From: the human T2T-CHM13v2.0 reference genome, Homo sapiens
Length of the DNA stretch: 64,000 nt
Strand: one strand, 5' to 3'
Assembly: GCF_009914755.1 (NCBI RefSeq)
Contig: NC_060928.1
Shown: positions 23,701-45,196 of the stretch, piece by piece
How positions within the stretch are numbered: position 1 is the first letter of the stretch
Layout: each line of letters begins with the position of its first letter
Notes under the pieces: generated by a model
Told to the model about the DNA's origin: nothing
Database searches by the model: none
The model's input: the letters and a program-made list of their open reading frames with translations, nothing else
Translations under genes and position numbers: made by a program

Positions 23701-24540
23701 GATATGTGCTCTGTCTTTTCTAATTATCTTTTTTGCCTTTTAGCATGCTTTGCAATTTTTGCTTGATAGGTGAACATGATAAACAGATTTGAGTAGGTCT
23801 TTAGTAATGTGGTAAGCTGTGGGGGAATGGGAGCATTCTATAATCCTATGGTTAGGTCTTAACCTTTTAGTGAGCCTGTGCCTCTGGATAGTCAATGTGA
23901 GGAATGTTTCCCAGTATTGTTTTATCTTGTTTTTTTGTTTTGTTTTGTTTTTTGTTTTTTTTTTAAATCTCCCCTTAGATGTAATAGGATGGCCAGAGGG
24001 GGCTGGAGTTAGGTATTTCCCTTTTCTCAGATAGTTGGGCACTGATAAAATCACAGTAGGTTAGGTTCCGGTAACTAGTTTCTTATGAGGGAAGACCTCA
24101 CTAAGAGCATAATTCTCTTGTGTATTTCAAAATGCTTCTTTTCCTTCTTAACCTCCTTGAAGCCAGAGTGAATTTTATTCTGCTAATTACTGTGAGAACT
24201 TGTTCCAGCTCCTGGAGGTAAACTTATAAAAGTGTAGGAGATACATCAAATTTCTGGGTTTCCCTGGAGTTTCTAACTCTCAAACTTAAGCAATTCATCA
24301 ATTAAAGTTCAGGTTTTCTACCCCAGTATTTGTATCCATAAAAATTTCTGCTCCAGTGAGTTGTGATTCTCTGTATCTGTCTCTCTGTTTCTCCAATTTT
24401 GGTGCAGCAGTTTGCCCTTTGACCTCACTTTCTTATAGGCCTAAGAAATATTGTTGAATTTTCAGTTTGCTCAACTTTGTACTTACTAGGATGGTCTGGT
24501 GACTTCCAAGCTCCTTACATGCATTACTGGAAACTGGAAG
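20715..24540 (-). mobile_element. L1MC-type element with large internal deletion near 21435 (3' UTR joined to endonuclease, ORF1 and 5' region)
   Basis: L1MC1-like 3' UTR at 20715-21435; EN-like ORF 21617..21886 (IITVGEFQTPLSEMD...DITDIYR); 5' end motif near 24540. Confidence 0.8.
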
Positions 24541-24812
24541 TTTAGAACTTATATTTTAAAATGTGGAAAGTAAGAGAATTAGGAGCTTCTATAATTTCCT
24601 GATTCTATATTTTGTATCCTTTTCCCAAACAAATAAGATTAGAAGCAACATCGAATACAAATACATTGAACCATTAATTGTATTGTAGTGAGAAAGAATT
24701 ACTAAATAAAGATATGTTAATGTTGTCAGAAAAATCACCTAAAACTTAGAAATAAGCAAAAAGGAGAGCTGTATGCTTTCAGTGCAGTGCTGGGTAGATT
24801 TTCTACACCTGA

Positions 24813-25184
<372 letters not shown>

Positions 25185-25555
25185 TGATCTATGTGTACAT
25201 TTTTTTGTACTAGTACCATGCTCTTTTGGTTACTGTATCCTTGTATTATAGTTTGAAGTCAGGTAATGTGATGCCTCCATCTTTGCTCTTTTTGGCTGTG
25301 CAGGCTCTTTTTTTCTTTCATATGAATTTAGAACAGTATTTTTCTGATTCTGTGAAAAATGAAATTGGTAGTTTTATAGGAATAACATTGAATCTGTAGA
25401 TCACTTTGGGCATTTTAATATTGATTTTTCCAATTTATGAGCATGGAATGTTTTTCCATTTGTGTCAACCATGATTTCTTTCAGCAGTGTTCTATAGTTC
25501 TTTTTCCAGAGATTTTTCACCTCCTTGGTTAGCTGTATTTCTAGGTATTGTGTGA

Positions 25556-25556
<1 letters not shown>

Positions 25557-25586
<30 letters not shown>
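25557..25586. repeat. (TG)n microsatellite within L1
   Basis: Direct inspection. Confidence 0.95.
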
Positions 25587-25587
<1 letters not shown>

Positions 25588-25675
25588 TGGGGGTTGGGGG
25601 GGAGGACTGTTATAAATGGGATTGCATTCTTTATTTGGTTCTCAGCTTGAATGTTATTAGTGTATAGAAATGTTA

Positions 25676-25987
<312 letters not shown>

Positions 25988-28900
25988 TTACTGATCTGAT
26001 TTTGGTACATGGATTTTGTATCCTGAAACCTTACCAAAGTCATTTATCAGGTCTAAAAGCCTTTTGGTAGACTGTTTAGGGTTTTCTAGGTAGAGAAATA
26101 CATCTTCAGTGAAGAGAAAGAATTTGAATTCTCTTTTAATTTTTTTTTCTTGCCTGAATGCTCTGGCTAGTACTTCCAGTACTATGTTGCATAGGAGTAG
26201 TGAGAATGGGCACTATTATCTTGTTCTGGCTCTCAGGGGGAATGCTTCCAGCTTTTGCCCATACAGTATGAGGTAGGCTGTAGGTTTGTCATAGATGGCT
26301 CTTATTATTTTGAGAGGTATGTTCTTTCAATGCCTAGTCTGTTGAGGGTTTTTACCGTGAAGGGATGTTGGATTTTATTGAAGGCTTTTTCTGCATCTAC
26401 GTAGATGATCATTTAGTTTTTAATTCTGTTTATGTGGTGAATCACATTTATTGATTTGCAAATGTTGAACCAAGCGAGCATCCCATGAATAAAGCCTGCT
26501 TGACTATGGTGAATTAACTGTTTCATGTGCCGCTTGATTTGGTTTGCTAGTATTTTGTTGAGGATTTTTGTGTCTATGTTCATCAGAGATATTGGCCTGT
26601 AGTTTTCTTTTCTCATTTTATGTTTACTAAATTTTAGTATCATGATTATTCTTCCATTGTAGAATGAGTTAGAGAGGAGTCTGTCCTCCTAGATTTTTTA
26701 AAATAGTGTCAGCAGGATTGGTACTGGCTGTTCTTTGTATGTCTGGTAGATTTTGGCTGTGAATACGTCTGTTGCAGGATCTTTTTGGTTAGTATGTTTT
26801 CTATTACTGATTCAATTTCAGAACTCATTTCTATTCTGTTCAGGGTTTGAATTTCCTTCTGATTCAATCTCAGGAGGTTGTATGTTTCCAGGAATTTATT
26901 CATTTCCTCTAGATTTTTTACTTTTTGTTTATGGAGGTATTTATAATAGCCTCTAAGGATCTTTTGTATTTCTGTGGGATCAGTTATAATGTTTCCTTTG
27001 TCATTTCTGATCGTACTTATTTGTACCTTCTCTCTTTTTTTTTCTTTGTTAGTCCAGCTAGAAGTCTATTGATCTTTCTTATCCTTTCAAATACTCAACT
27101 TTTCATTTTGATTCTTTATATGGATTTTTTTCGTCTCAAATTCATTTAGCTCTGCTCTGATTTTAGATGTTTCTTTTCTTCTTCTAGATTTGGGGTTAGT
27201 ATCTTCTTGTTTTTCTAGTTCTTCTACGTGTGATGTTAGATCATTAATTTGAAAATTTTTTATTTGTTGATGTTAGCATTTAACGCTGTAAACTTGCCTA
27301 TTAACACTGTTTTTGATGCATCCCAGAAATTGTAGTATGTTGTGTCTCTTTTTTTCATTCATTTCAAAGAAGTTTTTCATTTCTACCTTAATTTTGTTAT
27401 TTACCCAAAAGTCATTCAAAAGCAAGTTGCCCATGTAATTGTGTGTTTTTCAGAGATTCTTTTGTTATTTATTTCTATTTTTATTCCACTGTGGTCCCAA
27501 AATATGCTTGGTATGATTTCAATTTGTTTGAATTTATTGAGATTTGCTTTATGGTGGAGGATGTGGTAAATCTTTGATAGCTTTATGTGTGCAGATAAGG
27601 AAAATGTATATTCTGTGGTCTTGGGGTTGAGTATTTTATAGATATCTGTTAGGTCCAATGACAAGTGTTGAATTTAAGTCCAGAATTTCTTTGTTAGCTT
27701 TCTCCCTCAATGAACTGTCTAACCCTGTCAGTGGGGAGTTGAAGTCCCCCACTATTATGGTGTAGCCTTCTAGGTCTTTTCATAGGCCTAGAAGTGCTTA
27801 TTTTATGAATCCAAGTACTCCAATGTTCAGTGCATATATATTTAGGATAGTTAAGTCTTGTTGAATTGAACCATTTATAATTATGTAGTGACCTTCTATG
27901 TCCTTTTTTTTTTCACTGTTGATAGTTTAAAATTTGTTTTATCTGATATAAGAACAGTGACCCCTGTTCTTTTTAGTTTTCCACTTGTGTGGTAGATCTT
28001 TCTCCAATGCCTTGAGCCTATGGATGTTGTTATGTGTGAGATGGGTATCTTGAAGACAGCAGATAGGTAGGTCTTGTGTTTGTTTTTCTTTTCTCCAGCT
28101 TGCCACTCTGTGCCTTTAAGTGAGGTGTCTAGACCATTCATAGTCAGGGTTAATATTTGATCCTGTCATGAAGTTGTTAGCTGTTTGCTTTGTAATTCCC
28201 ATTGTGTTTTTTTGCTTTACAGTGTATATGGGCTATGTAGTTAAGTGTGTTTCTGTATTAGCAAGTATTCTTTTCTTTCCATGTTTAGAACTGCCATAAA
28301 GATCTCCTGTGAGGCTGGTCTTGTGGTATTGTATTCCCTTAGCACTTGCTTGTCTGGAAAAGATTTTATTTCTCCTTTGTTTGTAAAGCTTAGTTTAGTG
28401 GGATATAAAATTCTTGGTTGGAACTTCTTTAAGAATGCTAGAACTATGCTCCCAGTTTCTTCTGCATTGTATGCTTTCTGCTGAGAAGTCCAGTATTGGC
28501 TTTATGGGGTTTCCTTTGTAAATGATCTAACACTTTTCTCTAGCTGCCTTTAAGATTTTTTTCTTTAACATTGACTTGGATAGTGTGGTGACTAATTGCC
28601 TTGGTGATAATTATCTTGTATGATATCTCAAAGGTGTTCTCTGGATTTCTAATATCTGGATGTCTACCTCTCTAGGAAGGTTAGGAAAATACTCTTAAAT
28701 TATTCCCTCAAATACAATTTCCAGATTACTTTTTCTCTTTATCTTTCAGTAATGCCAATAATCTATAGGTTTGACCACCTTACATAATCTCATAATTCTT
28801 ATAGGCTTTGCTCATTCTTAAAATTTTTTTTTACTTTATTTTTGTCAGACTGGATTAGCTCAAGAGACTAGTAGTGAAGCTCTGAAATTCTTTCTTCTGC

Positions 28901-31900
28901 TTGGAGAAGTATTTTTTATCATAAGATATTTGTATTACTTACGTATAGCTGTATAGTGTTAATAGAAAGTAGACTTGGATTAGTTGTAAATGTATATTAC
29001 AAAATCTAAAATTACCACTAAAAGTACGTAAAGATAAAAGTATAATTGAAATGCTAAGAAAGGAGAGAAAATGAAATTTTATGAAATGCTCAATTAAACC
29101 ACAAAAGGCAGAAAAAGCATAGAAGACCAAAATAGGAACAAAGGATAAAATTAAAAATTGTAACAAATATGATAAATATTAAATCAACTATGTCAATAAT
29201 CACTTTAGATGTTAATAATCTGAATGCACCAATTAAAAGACAGTGATTGTCAGAGTGAATGAAAAAGCACCCAACTATATGTTGTCTACAAAAAACACTT
29301 TAAATATAAAGACACATACAAATTAAAAGCAAAGTGATAAAAATATGCCATGCAAACAATCAAAATAAAGTTCAATTACCTATATTAATTTCACAAACAG
29401 CAAACTTTAGAGCAAGGAAAATTATGAATAAAGATTGGCTTTATATAAATATAAAGGAATCAGTTCTTAAAGAATACAGATCAATTCTCAGTGTTATAAG
29501 CATGTTAGATGTCTTAACAGAGCATCAAGACATATGAAGCAAAAATGAATAGAATGCAAGAAACAAAAATGTATAAGAAAAATATATAAATCCCCTATAA
29601 TACTTGTAGACTTCCACACCCTTCTTTCAGAAATGACCAATTCAATAGTCAGAAAATCAGTAGTAAGGACATGGTAGTAGCACTCAACAGTACCACTGAT
29701 CAGAAGTAATTGAAATTTACTACTTCATCCCAAACCAACAGATTATACATTTGTTTCAAGGTCACATAGAATATCCACTAGGTTTGACCACATTCTGGGT
29801 CATTAAACACAGCTGAACAAATTTAAAAGAATAAAAATCATACAATGTTTGCTCAGATTAGAATGGAATTAAACTACAAATCAATGTGGAAAGATAGCTG
29901 AAACATCACCAAATTATTTGGAGATTAAACAACACACTTTTAGATAACACAAAGGTCAAAAAATAAATATGAGAAGTTTAAAAATATTTTGAACCAAATG
30001 AAGATGAAAATGCAACTTATAAAAATTTGAGATGCAAAAGAATTGTTTTTCAGAGGAAAATTTATATCATCAAAATATCATCAAATACATATATTGGAAA
30101 ATAAGAAAAATCTAAGATAATTAAGCTTCAGCTTTACAAAACTAGAAAAGGAAGATGAAATCAAATCCAAAAAAAAAAACAGAAGGAAATAAAGGATGAA
30201 AATTAGAATAGAAATCAATGAAATTGAAACAGGAAATTAATAGACATAATGAAATAAGAATTTGGTTCTTTTAAAAGGCCAATAAAATTAATGTCTCCAA
30301 CCAGGCTAACTAAGAATGAGGAGAGTAGACACAAATTAATAATAGCATAAATGAAAGAGGGATATCATTAGAGTTCCTAAGGACTTAAAAAGTATAATAA
30401 TGGAGTAATATAAATAACTCTATGCCTACAAATTTGAAAGCCTAGATGAAATGGACCAATTCCTTGTAAGAAACAATCTGCCAAAACTTATGTAAGAATA
30501 AAGATACAATCTGAATAAGCTTATATCTATTAAATAAAATGAAACAATAATTAAACACCTTAGAAAGCCAAAATCACAAGGCCCAGATCGGTTTACTGGT
30601 AAATTCTAACACATTTTAAGGAAGAAATTATACAAATTCACTACAGTTTCAGAAACAAGAGTCAGAGGGAATTTTTCTTAACTCATTCTATGAGACCAAC
30701 ATCACCCTAATACCAAAACCAAAATTGCAAGAGAGGAAAATTGTAGACCAATAATGTTCATAAATATATGCAAAAAATTTCATTAAAATATAAGTAAATA
30801 CAATCCAACAATCAAGACCAAGTGGAATTATATCAGGTTTGCAAAGCTGTTTAAACATTCAGAAATCAATTAATGTAATTCTAACATTAACAGGCTAAAG
30901 AAGAAAAATCAAATGATCATATCAATAGATGTAGAAAAAGCATTAGGCAAAACCCAACTCCTATTCATGATATATAAAAAAAAGCTTATTAAAAAGGAAT
31001 AGGAGGCAGCTTCCCCAACCTGACAAATCACATCTACAAACAACCTATACCTAACATCACATTTAATGGTGAGAAATTGAAGCTTACCTTATAATTAGGA
31101 AAAAAGGCAAGGATGTCCCTTCTCACTATTCTTTTTTAGGATTACCCTGGAAGTCTTAGATGGTGCATTATGAAAAAATAAGGGAATTATAAGAATATAC
31201 AGACTAGCAAAAAATAAACAAAACTGTCTATTCACAAATGACATGATTGTTTAGGAATAAAATCTGAAATAATCAACAAAAAACCTGGAACTGATAAATG
31301 ATATTGTAGGATGTAAGGTTAGTACATGAACATCAAGTACTTTCTTTTATGTATCACAATGAACAAGTGGGATTTGAAATTAAAAATACTACCATTTACA
31401 TTTGCACAAAAATATGCCTAGGTATAAATCTAACAATAGATATGCAAGATGTATATGAGGAAAACTCCAAAACATGATGAACCATATCAAATAACTAAAT
31501 AACTAAATAAATCAAGAGATATTTCATGTTCATGAATAGAAAGATTGAATATTGTCAAGATGTCAGTTCTTTCCAACCTAATCTATAGGTTCAACATACT
31601 ACCAATCAAAATCCCAGCAAGTTATGTTGTGGATATGGACAAACTGATTCTAATATTTATACAGAGAGACAAAAAATTCAGAACAGAGAACTTAGTATTG
31701 AAGGAGAAGTACAAAGTTGGAGCACTGATATTACTTGATTCAAGATGTATTAAAAGCAATAGTGTGGTATTATTAAAATAATAGACACATAGTTCAATGG
31801 AACATAATAGAGAGCCCAGAATAGATTCACATAAATATAGTCACCTGATAATGGACAAAGCAGCAAAGAAAATACAGTGAAGCAAAGTTTCTTTCTTCAA

Positions 31901-32308
31901 AAAATATAGTGCTAGAACAATTGGACATTCATGTGATGAAAAAATGAATCTAGGAACAGACATTATACCAGTCACAAAAATTAACTCAAAAAGTGATCAT
32001 AGACTTACATGTAAAATTCAAATCTGTAAGATTCATGGAAATAACATGAGAGAAATCTTAGATGATGTTGGGTATGGTGATAAATTTTTTGGCATAACAC
32101 CAAAGGAAGGATCCAGAAAAGAATTAATTGATGAGCTGGACTTCATTACAATTAAGAATTTCTGCTTTGTGAAAGACAATGTCAAGAGAATAAGAAAAAT
32201 CATAGACTTGTAGAAAAATTCACAAAAGACATATCTAATAAAGGACTATTATCCAAAATATGCAAGGAACAACTTGATTAAAATATGGGAAAATACCTGA
32301 ACAAATTT

Positions 32309-33719
<1,411 letters not shown>

Positions 33720-34510
33720 AATACCTGAACAAATTTCTTAGCAGAGAAGATATACAAATGACAAACAAGCATATAAAAAGATTGTCACCGTTGTACATCA
33801 TTAGGTAATTGCATATTAAAAAACAACGAGATACTACTGCACATCTATTAAGATGACCAAAATCCAAAAACTGATAACTTCAAATGATGGTGAGGATGTG
33901 GAGCAACAGAACCCTCATTCATTGCTGGTGGGAATGCAAAATGATTCAACCACTTGGAAAGACAGTTTGGCAGTTTCCTACAAAACTAAATTTACTCTTT
34001 AGCATAAGGTTCATTAATCATGGTGTGAGTTGGTTGAATGTAAAATAGAAAAAAAAATTCAATCACCCCTTGTTATTTACCCAAATGAACTGAAAATTTA
34101 TGTTCACATAAAACCTACACACAAATTTTTATAGTAGCTTTATTTATATTTGCCTAAACTGTAAAATAACCAAGATATATTTCAGTACCTAAGTGGGTAA
34201 ATAAGATATGTTACATTCAATGGAATATTATACAGTGCTTAAAAGAAATCAAGCCATGAAAACCCTTGGAAAAAGCTTAAACTCATAAATGAAAGAAGAC
34301 ATTCAGAAAAAGGCTATATACTGAGTAGTCCCAAGTATATGACATTCTGGAAAAGGCAAAACTGTGAAGATAGTAAAAAGATTAATTGCTGCTAAGGGTT
34401 AGAGGGGAGAATGAATAGGCTTAGAACAGAAAATTTTTGGGACAAAAAAACAATTCTGTACAATACTATATTTGTGGGTACATGCCATTATGTATTTGTC
34501 AAACTCCATA

Positions 34511-35480
<970 letters not shown>

Positions 35481-36412
35481 TCACGATACACCATTCCTTT
35501 GATAGGAGTGATGGAATTGGTCACTCATCATGGAGAAAACACCCTGTGGAAAAAAATGAAAATAAAGAGTAAAATAAAATTATCCAATAGTATGATTAAG
35601 ACACTGATCATTCTTTTTCATTTACACACTGACAAAGGGATATTCATATAAATTGACATGACACCATGAGTCAGACTGAAAAGTTTCAATTGACTTGTAT
35701 GGGTTCATATGATGGATTAAATTGTGTCTACATGGAGCTGCTGACTCAAAGATTTGGGGCAGAAATGTCTTTTGGCAACCATCTAGAAGAGGGCAAAAAT
35801 ATTTTCAAAGTTAAGCAAACATTGTGGGTGGATCCATCTATATGCTGAAAATATTGAAGCACCAGCAATCATACTTCCATTGGCATTGTATGAATTCTAG
35901 AGGCTATCTGGGGAGGCAGTGGGTAGGGAACAGTGCTAGGAGAAAATGGCAAGGACTTTGGAAATGAAATTCAGAAAGTACAGGATATCCCTGGGTATTT
36001 GAGGATTACTTTTTCTGGTAGAAGTTGTTTTCTTTCTACTAAAAGCTTCAAAAACAAAACAAAACAAAACAATTTGCATCATTGCACAATATTCTGAACA
36101 ATTGTGGCAAACAATTTTATATAGATTACATTTATAGAATATCAGCATTCAATACATATGAGGTGACTTATAGGATGTGAGCTGGGTAAAGCTATCAAAA
36201 TATAATTTAAACAACTTAACTGTTATTTTTTACATCTAAACTGTGAACAATTAGAGTATCAATTCTTATATGAAAGAGTGACCATTGTTACAGATTGGCA
36301 TGTAATGTTGAGCAGATAAAGGCACATAGAACAGTGATGTTGCAAGAAATGATGACAAAACAAGAGGCTCCAGGCTAAAGGGAAAATCTGCTGTCTTATC
36401 ACATTGAATCCT

Positions 36413-36790
36413 TGTCTTGGTCAGCTTAGACTGTCATAACAAAATATCCCAGAGTGGGTAAGTAAGCCAACAGGAATCTATTTCTCACAGTTATGGAGAC
36501 TGGAAAGTTCAAGATCAAGGTGCCAACTAGTATGGTCTCCTGTGGGGGCTCTCACTGGCTTGCAGATGGCTGCCTTCTGGTTGTGTCCTCACATGGTGGA
36601 GGGAGAGGGAGAAAAGAGAGAGAACACTTGTCTCTCTTCTTATAAGGACATGAATCCCATCATGAGGGCCCTACTCTTATGACCTCATCTTGACTTAATT
36701 GCCTGTCAAAATCTCCATCTCCACATACCATCGCATTGGGAGTTAGGGCTTTGACATATGAATTTTGGGGGACACATTCAGTCCATAACA
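36413..36790 (-). mobile_element. MLT1A-type solo LTR
   Basis: TGTCTTGGTCAG...GGGGACACATTCAGTCCATAACA; TSD ATCCT. Confidence 0.9.
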
Positions 36791-37188
36791 ATCCTGATAA
36801 CAAATCTTTGAAATAGGTATTGGTATGCCCATTTTCTAGATCAGGAAATTGAGTCTCAAAAAGATTAAAATATTTATTCACAGTTTAATACCTATGATCA
36901 TTTCCTGAATCTCACTTGGCAACTTATAGCTAAACATTTTATCATTTCTCCAGTAAGAAGGGACTCTACTTAGTTTCACAACTATTCTGTAGTGATACCC
37001 CTACATAATACATGGGTACATCTATCTGTATGTATGTTTACATGGGTCTGTTGAGGAGTTTTGTTTGCAAGCAGCAAAATCATTAATTTCAGTAAAACAT
37101 GGAATTTGTAGGCAGGATGGTAGGGTTTGTCCAGAATGGGTGGACAGGCTCAGAGATACATGAGTAGAAGAATTTGGCCTGCTCTGGG

Positions 37189-37598
37189 TGATAGAGACAG
37201 GAGGGAGCCAAGGCCCCTCCACCCCTGGCAAAACCCTACCTTTAAGCCTAAAACAGCCTGAAGGCTGAAAAACTGGACTGCTCCCAGATGAAGCCCGCCT
37301 TCCCCCCACCCAACTGATTCTTTCTGGATAATGCCCACCTGAGCCCTGGGAGACTGGGGTGGGGCCTCAGGAAGTTTGTGCCCAGATGGGAGAAGCCTGT
37401 TGCCGTGTGGTAACCTGTTCCCGTGTAGTAACCTGGGATTCAGTCTGTGAGATGAGGGGCTGTTAAGAGGAACACCTCTCGCTTTGCTGAGCTTTTTTCC
37501 TTTTCGCCCGACAAATTCCGTTCCCTCTCATCCTTTAAAATGTCTGCGAGCCTAATCTTTCCTGGTCATGTGACAAGAGCCTGGTTTTTCCTACAGCG
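37189..37598 (+). mobile_element. ERV1 solo LTR (MER4-group, family uncertain)
   Basis: TGATAGAGACAGGAGG...GGTTTTTCCTACAGCG; 4-bp TSD TGGG. Confidence 0.8.
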
Positions 37599-37692
37599 TG
37601 GGGACTTCAGCAACAGCGGCTCATGTATTTCTCATTAGGCCTTCAGTCACTGATATTTCCATTCCAATTTACATTTTCCCTAGTAAGATATT

Positions 37693-38364
<672 letters not shown>

Positions 38365-39048
38365 TAGTAAGATATTGTTAATGGCTCTGGCCATTTCACA
38401 TGATCAGGTAGGTTATGATCTATGTGAAAGGTGATGTTAGCCACATTGATATGGTAACTAAAGGGACTTCTATATGTGATATGTATGTATATAAATGTAC
38501 ATATTCACACATATACACGCACATACATACATTTACATACATAATTGTATGTCATATTTGTAATTATAGTAGCCTATAAAGACTATACAGTGAAATAGCC
38601 TGGTTAGGGTTGGTTTTGGCTTAAACTTTTGTTTGTCCTTTTAAAAATGATTTATCCTTTCAGATATTGCTAGGGACTAGTATATGAACAAATAGGACTA
38701 AAAATAATATTTGGCAATGAAGAATTTTCTGCCCAGAGTGAGCAAATCCAGTTCTTAAAACTTGAACCTGAATCTTGTACCTGAACAAGAACCAACCCTT
38801 TTCAGGGATTTTATACTTAACACTTAACTATACAAAGTGTTAGACAAAATGATTAATTTATTTCACATCTATTCATCAATTATCCCTCATAAAAGGAGCA
38901 CAGGGCCTAACTTAAGAGAAAATACAGTGGGCAGTTCTAAAATTTCTAACTTAATGGGGGTAAGCTTTTCAGTAAAAAAGGTTTTAGGCTTTTTTACTGA
39001 AAAAACTGAAAACATGGTTGTATGTTTCACTTTTTAAAATATTTTAGA

Positions 39049-39383
<335 letters not shown>

Positions 39384-41020
39384 TCAGTTGTTTCTTCAGG
39401 GCTATCACTTAAGTGCTTCTTCTGATCTCTATGAAATATTAATAGCTTGTCATGCTTTCTATAAAGGAATAATGTAGAATAATTGACATTGTGAAGATCA
39501 ATTTGACTACACCCTGGGAGTGACCACATTTACCCATTTCACCATCTCCTATCATTCTAGTTGCTTCGTCTTTTAGCTTTTTTTGTAGAACTGACAGGTA
39601 CAAATGCAAAAAAAAAAAAAAAAAAAAAGAATGAAAATGAATTAGGAAATTAGCATTTCCTACCTACCTTTCTTTGGGTTTAGGGGAGAGATGGAATCCT
39701 GTGGAGGGAATCATTTTCCTTCCTCATTTGCAAAGGCATATCACTTATTCATCTGATCTCTGAGAGGAGAAATAATTAGTAATGAATTTCTCTTCATTTA
39801 TACATTTCATGTTGATTATTGAAGCAATCCTGAAAAAGAAGTAAGCAAGAATTATAATGGATCAATTTCATGTTAAGGAACCTGCAAACAAGACTTTTGT
39901 GCCCCAGAAACATTCATCCAGCCTGCCAAACAAATGCCTACCTAGGACTGACGCCTGTAGTCAGGCAGAATTTTCCCAGATACAGCTCTTGTTGCTTTCT
40001 CCTACTTGCAAATCTGAAAAACTGCAAGAGGGCAGGATGCCAATAATAGGGTAACTGCCCTTTGAGACATCATATCTAGTGAGGTTCAGCTTTAATTTTT
40101 AGCAAGTGTTTTTGATGAAAGTTGTCACATTTTTCTGATGACTGCTGAGTCAGTTGCTAGTCAAAAGTCAGTATTATTCAGTGCAAACTTTAATGCAGAT
40201 GATTTCTGAGGGCTCCATGGGTTGTGTGTGTCTGTGCATGGGGGATGAGAGAGGAGGTGGGCAACTCTCTTAGCCAAGTTTTACAGTTGTTATATGTGGG
40301 AGTTTCCAAGATCTTAAAAGGCAGAGAAAGCATCCTATATGTAAACTGTGTTTTAAATAGGTGAAGACTTACATCATCCATGAACAGAAATGGAAGAAAT
40401 ATCCATATTCTTTCTATCTCAGTTGAAATTGCAGAATATCCAGAAGCCCAGGAACTTCTCAGTTGATGCACTCTTGCCAAGAATGCTAGCCCTAGATTAT
40501 ATTTTTCTTCTCTGACAATATCCCAAGTAGGAGTGCTGTTCCTGCAAATGGCTCAGCATACTGCCTCACCAAAGGAGTAGCAGACAGTATCTCTATTATG
40601 CACCATCCTTTTGTTCTTCCAGATGGATGTGATTTATGATCTAAGTTCCAGGTATAAAAATAGTGTGTTTATGATGAACTATTTTATAATCTGGCTTTTT
40701 ACCTGACAAAGGGTGGGGATGAAAACATTTTCACCCTTAGAAAAGCATCTCCATGGAAATAGATTCTATCCATTGGTTACCTATATGATGGATTGAAGAA
40801 TTAAAGAATATCTCTGAATCCACTATGGCATAGTCACTCTAGCGCAGAGAAGTCATATAAATGAAAGCAAAAAAAAATGTGGCTGCTATACAGACAACAA
40901 TAGTATAAAGTAGCCATTAAATGTTCCAACTTTGTCATCCAACAAAGTCTGGGCTGCCACCTACCAGCTAGCTGTGCAACCTTAGGCAATTATTTACCTT
41001 CTCTAAATGTAAATTTTTCT

Positions 41021-41331
41021 TCTCTTTTCCTTTCTTTTCTTTTTTTTTTTGAGACAGAGTCTCACTCTGTGGCCCAGGCTGGAGTGCAGTGGCGCGATCT
41101 CGGCTCACTGCAAGCTCATCGTCCTGGGTTCACACCATTCTCCTGCCTCAGCCTCCCGAGGAGCTGAGACTGCAGGTGCCCGTCACCACGCCTAGCTAAT
41201 TTTTTGTATTTTTAGTAGAGACAGGGTTCCACCATGTTAGCCAGGATGGTCTTGATATCCTGACCTTGTGAACCATCCAGCTCGGCCTCCCAGAGTGCTA
41301 GGATTACAGGCATGAGCCACCGCGCCTGACC
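41021..41331 (-). mobile_element. AluY inserted in a MIR
   Basis: GCAAGCTC, CACACCATTCTC, GTTAGCCAGGATGG diagnostics; TSD TAAATGTAAATTTTTCT; MIR-like flanks about 40940-41440. Confidence 0.96.
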
Positions 41332-41611
41332 TGTAAATGTAAATTTTTCTATATGTATAGATGATATCATGTATCACATAGGTTTTTTTGTAAGGATGCG
41401 GTAAGTAGAACAGCACTATGTCTAGCATATAATTTTAGCTAGATTATTACTATTGATATCACCAACGTGACCATATTAAATTAGGAGATTGAATCTTATT
41501 TATCACTTTTATTATACCCACACACATGTAGTCTTTGTGTGCATTGACAAAAATGTCATTTTCTACTCCCTGAGTGGATTTGTCTAACTGCAATTACCAT
41601 TTATTCAATTA

Positions 41612-41667
41612 CAGTTGACCCTTGAACATGAGTTTGAACTGCATGGTCCACTTATATGTGAATTTTC
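41612..41667 (+). mobile_element. Tigger2-like DNA transposon 5' end (continues at about 45197-45250 after the L1)
   Basis: CAGTTGACCCTTGAAC...TGAACTGCATGGTCCACTTATATG TIR; continuation CTCTGCCAACACTGAGACAGCAAGACCAACCCC. Confidence 0.8.

Positions 41668-45196
<3,529 letters not shown>

Noticed and set aside
39575-39605. Possible 9-nt micro-exon TTTTGTAG|AACTGACAG|GTACAA
   Set aside because: Weak donor next to a poly(A) run; no supporting coding context.
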